Origin: Candidatus Eiseniibacteriota bacterium
GTDB lineage: Bacteria; Eisenbacteria; RBG-16-71-46; CAVPCR01
Direction of reading: 5' to 3'
Length of the DNA: 64,000 nucleotides
Assembly: GCA_963823555.1 (NCBI GenBank)
Contig: CAWGMA010000004.1
Location: 224,001 to 288,000 of the forward strand
The position numbers and the translations under genes were made by a program. The notes beneath the pieces were generated by a model. The model worked only from the letters and a program-made list of their open reading frames with translations. It was not told the DNA's origin and did not search any database. Within the stretch, counting starts at the first letter, position 1; each line of letters starts with the position of its first letter. Of the stretch, positions 22,170-31,443 are shown in pieces.

Positions 22170-23819
22170 ATGAAGAGCCGTTTCATCACCTGGCCCTGTT
22201 TACTGGTCGCAGTCCTCGCTTTGGGTTGCAGTAAGAAGTCCGAGAAACCCACCGCCCTCCTCTTCGACGGCCTCGGCACGGGCCACCGCGAGGTCAGCAC
22301 GAGTTCCGCTGACGCCCAGCGCTACTTCGATCAGGGGCTGGTCCTCTACTGGGGGTTCAACCACGAGGAAGCGATCCGCTCCTTCGAGCAGGCGGCACGT
22401 CTCGATCCGAAGTGCGCCATGGCTCATTGGGGAATGGCCATCGCTGCCGGGCCCAACATCAACAACCCCACCATGGATGATGCGACCACCAAGGCCGCCA
22501 ACACCAATGCCCAGCGCGCGCTCGAGCTCGCGGGTAGCGCCACCCCCGTCGAGCGCGATCTCATCGCGGCGCTCGCCGAGCGCTACGCCTATCCGCCCCC
22601 GGAGGACCGGCACACGCTGGATGAAGCCTATGCCGGGGCCATGCGCGGCGTCTGGGAGCGGCATGCCGACGATCCCGATGTTGGGGCGCTGTTCGCCGAG
22701 TCGCTGATGAATCTCCGGCCCTGGGACCTGTGGTCGCCCGAGGGGGAGCCGCGACCGGAAACTCCCGAGGTGATCCGCACACTCGAGGCGGTGTTTGCCT
22801 TGCAGCTCGATCACGTAGGTGCCAATCACTTCTATATCCACACCATGGAGGGGTCTACGGACCCCGGCCGCGGCCTCGAGGCGGCCAACCGCCTGCGCAG
22901 CCTGGTGCCGGGAGCCGGGCATCTCGTCCATATGCCCTCGCATATCGATGTGCGCCTCGGTCACTACGACGATGTCATCACCGCCAATCAGCGAGCGATT
23001 GCGGCCGATCTGCGCTATGTCGACCAGGTGGGCCGCGACGGGTTCTACACCATCTATCGCGCCCACAACTACCACTTCCTGGCCTACGGGGCGATGTTCG
23101 ACGGCCAAAGGGACATCGCCATGGGTGCGGCTCGCGACATGATCCAGGAGATCCCAATCGAGATGGTGCGGGAGCTGCCGCAGTTCCTCGACGGCTTCAT
23201 GGCGGTGCCCGTTCATGTGATGGTGCGTTTCGGCCTGTGGGAGGACCTGCTCGCGGAGCCGGCGCCGTTGGCTGATCTGCCGGTGTCGACGGCGTTCTGG
23301 CGCTACGGGCGCACGGTCGCTCTCTCCGCACTGGGCCGGGTCGATGAGGCGATGGTGGAGCGCGACTCCCTGGAGGCGGTCTACGCGCGCGTGCCGGAGG
23401 AGTACCTGATCGGCAACAACCCGGCGCGGGTCGTGCTCGATGTGGCGCGCCCCATGGCCGAGGGTGAGCTCGAGTACCGGCGGGGGAATGTCGAGGGGGC
23501 CTTCGCGTTATTGCGTGAAGCGGTCGCTCGGGACGAGGCCCTGCGCTACGATGAGCCTTGGGGCTGGATGCAGCCGGTGCGCCACGCGCTCGGCGCGCTC
23601 CTTCTCGAGCAGGGTCGGGTGAAGGAAGCCGAGGACGTCTACCGAGAAGACCTGCGGATCCACCCGGAAAACGGCTGGGCGCTGCACGGTCTTGCGGAAT
23701 GTCTGAGCCGCAAGGGCGATAGGGAGCAGGCGGCGGAGGTCGAGGCCCGCTTCAAGAAAGCCTGGCAGCACGCCGACATCGGGATCAAGGCCTCGTGCTA
23801 CTGCCGGACCACGGTCTGA
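22170..23819 (+). CDS. TPR-repeat lipoprotein
   Basis: Lipobox LALGC; AQRYFDQGL...GFNHEEAIRSF, GHLVHMPSHI, YDEP..W..PVRH, YREDL..HPENGWAL.GL. Confidence 0.85.
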   Translation: MKSRFITWPCLLVAVLALGCSKKSEKPTALLFDGLGTGHREVSTSSADAQRYFDQGLVLYWGFNHEEAIRSFEQAARLDPKCAMAHWGMAIAAGPNINNPTMDDATTKAANTNAQRALELAGSATPVERDLIAALAERYAYPPPEDRHTLDEAYAGAMRGVWERHADDPDVGALFAESLMNLRPWDLWSPEGEPRPETPEVIRTLEAVFALQLDHVGANHFYIHTMEGSTDPGRGLEAANRLRSLVPGAGHLVHMPSHIDVRLGHYDDVITANQRAIAADLRYVDQVGRDGFYTIYRAHNYHFLAYGAMFDGQRDIAMGAARDMIQEIPIEMVRELPQFLDGFMAVPVHVMVRFGLWEDLLAEPAPLADLPVSTAFWRYGRTVALSALGRVDEAMVERDSLEAVYARVPEEYLIGNNPARVVLDVARPMAEGELEYRRGNVEGAFALLREAVARDEALRYDEPWGWMQPVRHALGALLLEQGRVKEAEDVYREDLRIHPENGWALHGLAECLSRKGDREQAAEVEARFKKAWQHADIGIKASCYCRTTV

Positions 23820-23838
23820 GCGGAGGATCCGGTCCCGG

Positions 23839-24762
23839 TCAGCGCGACGGGTGCTCGAGCAGGGGGCGCATCTGATCGGCGAGCATGCCGAGCTTCATCT
23901 GTTCCATGGGCAGAATCGGCTCGAGAAGTGGCGTGTCGCCCGAGGCGTAGACCACACGTCGCGAACCGCTCTCGACGACAACGGGTGCCCCCCCCGGCGT
24001 GGTCATGGCTACCTCGCCGTCGAATACGCAGAGGCACGTCGCCCCGGGGTTGCAGATCAGGGCGAACACGGTGCCGAGCACGGTCACATCAGCATCGGGG
24101 CCGGCCATGGTCAGACGGGCACCCTCGAATTCGGGACCGGTAACGATCCGGAGCTCACCCGCCGAGACCGATCCCCTCACTTCGCGCCGGAGCCAGCTGC
24201 CGGGCGCGCGCGGCAGCTCGAAGCGCGAGCCCAGCGTTGCCTGTACGGCCATGGTGCGGGGGCAGAGGAGATCGAGCTCGAGCTCGCCGCGTAGCTCGAG
24301 GGAGCGCCCGGGACGGAGCAGCTCGGGGTCATTCGCGACCGCTTCGGCAAGGTGCGTGCCGGGGATCACCACGCCGTCGACGACGAGCGAGCCCTCGCCC
24401 CTCGTCCCGGCGAGGGTCCACGCCGGGCCGTGGTCGAGCATGAACAGGACACCAAGGAGGACGAGCCCGAACGCCGCCGCTACGGGCAGGAGATAGCGCG
24501 GCGACCACCAGACCCGGTCCCGGGCTGCGGGCCGCTCCACCCCACTCGTGGCGATCGAGCTCGAGATGGCGCCGGTGACGAACGACTCGCGAAGTTGCGC
24601 GCGGAAGTCGGGGCTGGCGACCACCGGGCCGAGGGTCTGGACCTCACGGCGAGCACGAGCCTCCCGCGGGTCGAGTCCGGCCTCGCCTTCTCGGTTGGGT
24701 CCTCTGTGCTCGAAGTCGTTCATTCCCGTTTCGTCCCGGCTGTTACCGTCGCCGCCCGTCAT
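23839..24762 (-). CDS. FecR-domain anti-sigma factor-like membrane protein
   Basis: Single TM (LLPVAAAFGLVLLGVLF); V.VLGTVF, VFDGEV FecR pattern; overlaps the sigma factor stop. Confidence 0.7.
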   Translation of the reverse strand: MTGGDGNSRDETGMNDFEHRGPNREGEAGLDPREARARREVQTLGPVVASPDFRAQLRESFVTGAISSSIATSGVERPAARDRVWWSPRYLLPVAAAFGLVLLGVLFMLDHGPAWTLAGTRGEGSLVVDGVVIPGTHLAEAVANDPELLRPGRSLELRGELELDLLCPRTMAVQATLGSRFELPRAPGSWLRREVRGSVSAGELRIVTGPEFEGARLTMAGPDADVTVLGTVFALICNPGATCLCVFDGEVAMTTPGGAPVVVESGSRRVVYASGDTPLLEPILPMEQMKLGMLADQMRPLLEHPSR

Positions 24763-25367
24763 CGCCCCACACCCTGCAAGCGCCGGCCGAGCTCGGAGAG
24801 CGCACGTGAGTAGCGCTTGCGAACTGCCACGTGAGTGAGCCCGGTGGCTGCCGCGATCTCCTCGTGCGTGAGTCCCGAATAGTCATGCATGAGGACGACC
24901 ACACGCAGACCCTCGGGGAGTCCGTCAATGGCTTCCTGGACCTGGCGCTCGGTCTCGGCCTTCAGGGCCATGCTCTCGGGATCGGCTCCGGCGCTTGCCG
25001 CGATCCCGTTCCGCAGGCCGTTCTCAGCATCGAGCGAGAGCGATTGCCGGCGGGCGCGGTGTCCCTTGCTGCGCCACAGATCCCGACAGGCGTTGTACGT
25101 GATCGCCATCAGCCATGGGACAGGGTCACGCGTTGGGTCCATGCGGTCGGCGGCCCGATGGACGCGGAAGAAGACCTCTTGCGTGACATCCTCGGCATCG
25201 TGGACATCGCTCAGCAGGCGGCATGCGAGGCTGTAGATGCGGCTGAAGTGGCGGTCGAAGAACGCTCCCAGGGCGTCCTCATCGCGCGCGCACACCCGCT
25301 CGAGCTCCGAGCGCTCCGCAGGCCCCGGGGCTGGGGTTCCTTCGGGTGGCGAGGGTTTGGGATGCAC
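24759..25367 (-). CDS. ECF sigma-70 factor
   Basis: DAEDVTQEVF, WLMAITYNACRD.WR, LPEGLRVVVLM, GLTHEEIAAATG..VRKRYSRAL; GTG start after GAGGAG. Confidence 0.92.
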   Translation of the reverse strand: MHPKPSPPEGTPAPGPAERSELERVCARDEDALGAFFDRHFSRIYSLACRLLSDVHDAEDVTQEVFFRVHRAADRMDPTRDPVPWLMAITYNACRDLWRSKGHRARRQSLSLDAENGLRNGIAASAGADPESMALKAETERQVQEAIDGLPEGLRVVVLMHDYSGLTHEEIAAATGLTHVAVRKRYSRALSELGRRLQGVGR

Positions 25368-25551
25368 GCAACTCTCCTCGCGTGGACTATACGCTGATTC
25401 TGACCGGAATGTGACCTGTTCCTGGCCCGCGCGTCCTGGCGCGGTGACCCTCGAGAGACCCGGGCCCGGGGGGGAGCGGAGGTCTTCCGGTCCCGGCGCG
25501 GCGGTGGTAGCCTCCTCCTTGCCTCGTGTCCCATCACTTTGAGGAGGTCCT

Positions 25552-26103
25552 ATGTCCAGCCTAATCAAGATGATGATCGTGCTCGTGGTCGCGTCGCTGG
25601 CTTGTGGGCGCGCCCCCGAACGTGCTGAACAGGCCCAAGCGCCCGAAGAATCGCCGCCGGCGGAGACCGCTGCGCCGGCCGACCCTGTTGCCGCCAGGGC
25701 GCACGATCTGGACACTCGGCTTTCGACCCTCCAGGCCACCGAGGGCAATCTCGAGTTGCGCGGCACCGCCACCCACTACCGGGCCTACTGGGACAAGGGG
25801 GCGGTGGCTGTCCTCGACGAGGAGCTGTCGCTGGCCGATGGCACGAAGAAGGCGCGCTACTACTATGACGAGAGCGGGCACCTGATCGACTATCGCGAGG
25901 AATCAACGCAGAAGGACGAGATGGATCCCTCGGCGATGGTTCCGATCGTGCTGCGCATGACCTTCGAGCCAAGCGGTGAGCTGAGGGATGGCAGCAAGAC
26001 CGCGGGCGGTGCGTCGCAGGAGATCGAGGATTTCGAGATCAACGCAGCTCGGGAGCGAGGTCGGGAACTCCTCACCCTGGTGACCGTGGCGACAGGTCGC
26101 TAG
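25552..26103 (+). CDS. Hypothetical lipoprotein
   Basis: GAGGAGG RBS; lipobox SLAC; Pro/Ala/Glu-rich linker. Confidence 0.75.
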   Translation: MSSLIKMMIVLVVASLACGRAPERAEQAQAPEESPPAETAAPADPVAARAHDLDTRLSTLQATEGNLELRGTATHYRAYWDKGAVAVLDEELSLADGTKKARYYYDESGHLIDYREESTQKDEMDPSAMVPIVLRMTFEPSGELRDGSKTAGGASQEIEDFEINAARERGRELLTLVTVATGR

Positions 26104-26181
26104 CCAGCCCGGAGGCCCGGGCGGGCGCCGGGGGTGCCGGCGCCTGCTTCCCGGACCGCACTCGCTGACTCTCCGGCGTGT

Positions 26182-26237
26182 GACCGCTGGGCGCGCCTCA
26201 CGACCGCTGGCCGCCGAGCACGACCGCTGGCCGCCGA
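26182..26237 (+). repeat. Three direct repeats of GACCGCTGG with 20-bp period
   Basis: Copies at 26182, 26202 and 26222; the last two extend to CACGACCGCTGGCCGCCGA. Confidence 0.8.
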
Positions 26238-26337
26238 AGGTCGGATCATCGCTGGACCACGGGGGGTTTGTGGCATAATGCCGTCCGCCCGTTGACTTGG
26301 TGCTGGCGTTGCCGCGCGGTCACGCGGAGAAAGGTGA

Positions 26338-27366
26338 ATGAAGCGAACTCCGTTCCTCGAGTCCTGCCTCGTGATCGCCCAGTGCACTCACAACTGGGTC
26401 ACGAAGCGGCCGATCGTCGTTTCATTCGAAGTCACCGATTCATGCACGTGCTGGTGTCGGCACTGTGATCACGGCGGGCCGGCCGGCCTGCCCCGGCTCA
26501 AGCCGGATGACATCAGCCGTTGGATGCAGAAACTGCATCCAGGCGTGATCCAGATCTCCGGCGGCGAGCCCCTCATGCGCAAGGACATCGTCGAGTGCGT
26601 GCGCGCCGCGCAACGGGGTGGCGGTCTGCCCTACACAGTCTTCGTTTCGAACTTCTCGCTGATGACCCCGGAGAAGTACCTGGCTCTCAAGGAAGCGGGA
26701 GCGGACCAGTTCTCGGTTTCCCTGGATTTCCCGGACGAGCGCCACGACGACTTCCGCCGCCATCCGGGTCTGTTCCGCAAGCTTGCCACCGTGCTGCCCC
26801 GCCTCGCCGCCTACGGCTTCGATGACATCGTACTCAACACGGCGATCACTCGCGAAAACTACCTGCATATAGGCGAGATCATCGATCGGGCTGACGAGTG
26901 GGGGGTCAACGTGTCGTTCAGCGCCTATTCGGCCCGGCGTACGGGCGATCGTTCGCTCATGCCCTCGACGCCGGAGGAGCTGGCCGCTCTCCGCACCCAG
27001 CTCGACCGCGTACGGGCGCGCAAGGAAGCGGACCCCAAGGGTACGATCGTCACGACGTGCGCCACGCTCGAGGACACCTACCGCTACTTCGCCGAGGCTG
27101 GAAAGCCGAACTGCACGGCCGGCCTCCGCTTTCTCGTCGTGAATGCCGACGGCAATCTCCAGCCCTGCTCGATGCACTTCGGCGAGTATTCCGATCAGGA
27201 GCATCTGGTCCAGGAGTTCACGGCGAACAATCGCTGCGACGAGTGCTACGTATCGATCCGCTCCTATCTCGACAAGAGCTTTCCGCAGATGGTGAAGGAG
27301 TACGTCGGAGACTTCTTCTCCTTCAAGCGGGAGACCAGGGCGGCTGCGGTTCCTGAAGCCCGCTAG
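26338..27366 (+). CDS. Radical SAM protein with SPASM/twitch-like C-terminus
   Basis: CTCWCRHC, ISGGEPL, SVSLD, C.AG...VNADG...PC...CDEC. Confidence 0.9.
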   Translation: MKRTPFLESCLVIAQCTHNWVTKRPIVVSFEVTDSCTCWCRHCDHGGPAGLPRLKPDDISRWMQKLHPGVIQISGGEPLMRKDIVECVRAAQRGGGLPYTVFVSNFSLMTPEKYLALKEAGADQFSVSLDFPDERHDDFRRHPGLFRKLATVLPRLAAYGFDDIVLNTAITRENYLHIGEIIDRADEWGVNVSFSAYSARRTGDRSLMPSTPEELAALRTQLDRVRARKEADPKGTIVTTCATLEDTYRYFAEAGKPNCTAGLRFLVVNADGNLQPCSMHFGEYSDQEHLVQEFTANNRCDECYVSIRSYLDKSFPQMVKEYVGDFFSFKRETRAAAVPEAR

Positions 27367-27531
27367 CTTCCTGAAGGCCGCCTGTGCCTTCCCCGGCCTT
27401 GAGCTGTTTCCCGGCGCGTTCCGGCCTGCCCCGCGCCCGCCTGTCGAGACCCGAGAGCCCTCCTGGTCGCCGGCCGTTTCACATTCACGGTGAGAGCCTG
27501 CGGGACCGATCCATAGGCAGGGAGGTCGACC

Positions 27532-28290
27532 GTGGCCCACTCAGTCGAAACCGTGCCTGCAGTGCCGGCGGCAGAAGCAAGCTCCAGGCTAGGCCCCATC
27601 TTGAGACAGATCCTCATGGTGGCTCCCGGCGCGGCCATGCTCGCGATGATGGGCTCCCTGGCCCATCCCGCCTCCCGATCAGCGGCCAAGTGGATGCTGG
27701 CCGAGAATCGCCCCGTCGAGCTGTTCACGTTCATCTGCCTCTTCTCCGGGGGAGCGCTCGGTCTCGCGCTCTGGCGGCGGATGCGGGCCCGCGGTATGTC
27801 CGGCGCGACCTCGACCTTCCACTTCGTCTTCGCGCTCGGCCTGCTCTTGACGGCGATGGAGGAGATCGCCTGGGGGCAACAGCTCCTCGGGTTTCCCACT
27901 CCCGGCTTCCTTCAGGATGTGAACCGCCAGGGCGAGACCACGTTCCACAACATGCCGGGATTGCACTGCCACACCGAGTTGCTGCGGATCGCCTTCGGGC
28001 TCGGTGGGCTCATCGGCATCATCATGGCCAGACGGCTCGGGCCCGAACTGGCTGTCCCACGCTTCCTCTGGCCGTGGTTCGCCATCATCGCCGCGCACGC
28101 CGGGATCGATCTCTATGCCGACCTCGTGTCGATCAACCGCGACGTCGACTTCCTGTTCCGGTACACGTCCGAGCTGGTCGAGCTCCTGATCGGAGCGGCG
28201 GGACTTCTCTACGTCGTCGTCCACTGGAAACGACAGGCGGCACGGAGCGTCCCGGCCTCACCGGGCCGCCCGGTCACCACGAGCTCTTGA
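27532..28290 (+). CDS. Hypothetical multi-pass membrane protein
   Basis: Several TM helices; EN.PVE and EEIAWGQ...N.QGE..FHN motifs. Confidence 0.75.
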   Translation: MAHSVETVPAVPAAEASSRLGPILRQILMVAPGAAMLAMMGSLAHPASRSAAKWMLAENRPVELFTFICLFSGGALGLALWRRMRARGMSGATSTFHFVFALGLLLTAMEEIAWGQQLLGFPTPGFLQDVNRQGETTFHNMPGLHCHTELLRIAFGLGGLIGIIMARRLGPELAVPRFLWPWFAIIAAHAGIDLYADLVSINRDVDFLFRYTSELVELLIGAAGLLYVVVHWKRQAARSVPASPGRPVTTSS

Positions 28291-29807
28291 GCGGCCCCAC
28301 CTCGACCTCCACCGCCTCGAGCACCTGACACTCGGCCACCGCCGTTGCCATGGCGTTGTGGTCGGGGAAGAGTGGGCGGTCCTCGTCGAGATGCGCGACG
28401 ACCCGGCGCACCGCGGCATGGGCTGCTGCGGTGCCTTGCCCCCGCTCGTGCGGGCGGAAGTCCAGCGCCTGGGCGGCGGCGATGAGCTCGATAGCGAGCA
28501 CGCCGTGAGCGTTCTCGAGGATCTGCTTCGTCTTGAGGGCGCCGTTCATGCCCATGCTGACGAAGTCCTCCTGGTCGGCAGCCGCAGGGATCGACTGGAT
28601 GCAGGAGGGGGTGCTCAGGATCCTCTGCTCGACGATCAGCGTGTCGGCCGTGTACTGGCTCAGCATCAATCCCGAGAACATCCCCGCACCCTGGGTCAGG
28701 AACGCGGGGAGGCCACCCGAGAGGGCCGGGTTCACCAGACGGTTCATGCGGCGTTCGGCGAGGACCGACACCATCGCGACACCGGCGCCGACCATGTCGA
28801 GCGGCATGCTGATCGGCGTGCCCTGGAAGTTGGCGCCGGTGAGCACGCGATCCTCCTCGGCGATGAAGATCGGGTTGTCGGCGACCGCGTTCAGCTCGAT
28901 CTCGAACTGCCGGCGGGTGTACGCCATCTGGTCGCGGAGGGCCCCGATGACCTGCGGCGTCGAACGCATCGAATAGGCGTCCTGGACCTTGGTCTTGACC
29001 TTGCCGGTCAGGAGATCGGATCCAGCGAATAGCCGCTGCAAGTTCTCCGCGCAGGTGATGGCCCCCGGGAAGCCGCGGAGCTCATGGAGCCTGGTCACGT
29101 AGGGCCGCATGTTGGCCAGCAGCGCCTCGAGGGTCATCGCGGCCGCGATCTCGGCCTGCTTGATCCAGCGCTCGGTGTCATGGAGCAGGAGACAGCCGAT
29201 CCCGGTGATCAGGTTGGAGCCGTTGATCGCCGCCAGCCCGTCGCGTGCCTGGAGCCCGGGGACGGGGATACCGGCCTGCTCGAGGGCGGTTCGCGTCGGT
29301 ACGCGCTCGCCCCCATAGAAGCTCTCGCCCTCGCCCATCAGCGAGAGCGCGACCTGGCTCATCGGGGCCAGGTCGCCGCGAGGCGCCCACGCTGCCCTTG
29401 GCGCAGACGACCGGTGTGACGCCCGCGTTCAGCATGGCGACATAGGTGAGCGGGATCTCGGGCCGGCAGCCGGAGTAGCCGCGCGCGTGCACGTTGATAC
29501 GGGACAGCATCGCCGCCCGCACGTGCTCGACCGGCGCCGGGTCGCCGATCCCGGCGGCATGGTTGTAGATCAGGTAGCGCTGGAACTCTCGGACCTGCTC
29601 GTCGCTGAGCACGACTTCCGAGAACTCGCCGATCCCGGTGTTGACGCCGTACATGATCTCGCGGGCGTCGATCTTCTTCTGGAGCATGCCCCGACAGGCG
29701 CGGATGCGCTCGACGGCGGCCGGGGCGAGTGCCACCTTCTCGCCGCCGCGGGCGACGCGGACGACATCCTCGATCGTGAGATTCTGGCCGGTGATCTGGA
29801 GGGGCAT
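28274..29807 (-). pseudogene. hutH: Histidine/aromatic amino-acid ammonia-lyase (HAL/PAL family), split by a +1 frameshift near 29379
   Basis: 5' part has YGVNTGIG, NHAAG.G, G.SG.RP, GSVGA; 3' part has GDLAPM, DGLAAING, QDAYSMR..PQV.G, DNP, GANFQG, QEDFVSMG; removing one base joins them. Confidence 0.9.
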
Positions 29808-29922
29808 GGAGAGCTTTCCGGTTGCTGGCGCCCGTCGGGGCGCGGTGGGGCCGGTCTGGGGATGGCCGCCGGGATTCTACCCGGGGCGGGGGAGCGAGGG
29901 GAACGCCGAATCCGAAACGGCC

Positions 29923-29951
29923 CAGGGGCCGGGCGTGCCGCCCGGCCCCTG
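29923..29951. repeat. Perfect 13-bp inverted repeat in a divergent intergenic region
   Basis: CAGGGGCCGGGCG-TGC-CGCCCGGCCCCTG. Confidence 0.8.
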
Positions 29952-30065
29952 AAATCGAATTCAACGGCGAGTAAGGACGGACCTTAGGATCGAGAGGTCG
30001 TTCTGTCAACCCATCCGAGCTCTGGGCGATGGGGCCGAGCCGGGAGAGGTATGATTCACAGCGCC

Positions 30066-31040
30066 ATGGCACTTCAAGTTCATCTCATCACCCCCCCGGA
30101 AGAAGCCTTTCGCGCCGACTTCGAGCGTGCGCTCGACTCGTCCATTCGGCTCACCGTGGGCGAGAGCCCGCCGCGGGACACGACCATCCTGGTCTCGGGG
30201 CGGCTCACGCCGGAACTCCTTCTGGCCTGTCCCGGGCTCGCCGCGGTCGTCATCCCCTGGGCCGGCGTGCCCCGGAAGACGCGGGAGGTCCTTCTCGAGA
30301 ACCCGCACCTGGCCGTCCACAACCTGCATCACAACGCGGCGGCCACCGCCGAGATGGCGGTGGCGTTGCTCCTCGCCGCGGCCAAGGCCATCGTTCCGCT
30401 CGATCAGGCGCTGCGCGCCGGAGACTGGCGGCCGCGTTACCGCGGTGATCACTCGGTCGAGCTCAACGGAAAGACCGGGCTCATCCTCGGCTACGGAGCC
30501 ATCGGGGCGCATGTGGCCCGCACCTGCCAGGCCCTCGGGATGCGCGTCCTTGCCACCCGCCGCCGGGCGCAGGCGGCCGCGGGCCAGGATGGAATCGAGA
30601 TTCATCCTCCTTCGGCCCTCGGCACTCTCTTGCCCCGGGCGCATGTCCTCCTCATCTGCCTGCCGCTCACGCCGGAAACGGAGGGGCTCATCGGTGAGCG
30701 CGAGCTCGCGCTCCTTCCTCCTGGATCGCTTCTCGTCAACATCGGCCGCGGGCCGATCGTAAACGAGACAGCGCTCTTCGCCGCGCTCGAGTCGGGCCAC
30801 CTGCGCGCCGCGGGGCTCGATGTCTGGTATCGGTATCCCGAGGACGAGGCCTCCTGGACCGGCACCTTTCCATCGCAGTATCCGTTTCACGAGCTCGACA
30901 ACGTGGTCCTGAGCCCACATCGCGGCGGCGACAACGTGGAGACCGAGTCGCATCGGCTGGCGGCGCTTGCCGCGCTCCTGAATGCGGCGGCGCGCGGTGA
31001 GCCGATGCCGAATCGCGTCGACCTGGATCGCGGCTACTAG
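30066..31040 (+). CDS. D-isomer specific 2-hydroxyacid dehydrogenase
   Basis: GYGAIG Rossmann motif, LPLTPETEGLI, VNIGRGPIV, AGLDVW, SPHRGG. Confidence 0.92.
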   Translation: MALQVHLITPPEEAFRADFERALDSSIRLTVGESPPRDTTILVSGRLTPELLLACPGLAAVVIPWAGVPRKTREVLLENPHLAVHNLHHNAAATAEMAVALLLAAAKAIVPLDQALRAGDWRPRYRGDHSVELNGKTGLILGYGAIGAHVARTCQALGMRVLATRRRAQAAAGQDGIEIHPPSALGTLLPRAHVLLICLPLTPETEGLIGERELALLPPGSLLVNIGRGPIVNETALFAALESGHLRAAGLDVWYRYPEDEASWTGTFPSQYPFHELDNVVLSPHRGGDNVETESHRLAALAALLNAAARGEPMPNRVDLDRGY

Positions 31041-31063
31041 CCGATCGCCCGGAGGGTGCAATC

Positions 31064-31423
31064 ATGGAGAAGGTCGACCTCGCGGCCAAGCTGAGCCTCA
31101 TCGCCGAGTACTGGAGCCCGCGCATCGTCGGCGAGCTCAACGGGCAGGAGGTGAAGATCGCCAAGCTCAAGGGCGAGTTCGTCTGGCACCATCACGAGCA
31201 CGAGGACGAGCTGTTCCTGGTGCTCGCCGGTCGTCTCACCTTGAGGTTCCGCGATCGCCAGGTCGCGCTCTCGCCCGGCGAGTTCCTGATCGTTCCCCGC
31301 GGGGTCGAGCATCAACCGGTGGCGGATGAGGAGGCTCACGTTCTCCTCTTCGAACCTTCCGGTACGCTCAACACCGGCAATGTGCAGAATGAAAGAACCG
31401 TCGGGCGGCCCGAACGCCTGTGA
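31064..31423 (+). CDS. Cupin domain protein
   Basis: GEFVWHHHEHEDELF...VPRGVEH.P...LLFEP..TLNTG. Confidence 0.93.
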   Translation: MEKVDLAAKLSLIAEYWSPRIVGELNGQEVKIAKLKGEFVWHHHEHEDELFLVLAGRLTLRFRDRQVALSPGEFLIVPRGVEHQPVADEEAHVLLFEPSGTLNTGNVQNERTVGRPERL

Positions 31424-31443
31424 TCGGCCCCCGGCCGCCGGGC

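Noticed and set aside
26182..26237. CRISPR array
   Set aside because: The 20-bp period is too short, there are no unique spacers, and no cas genes are nearby
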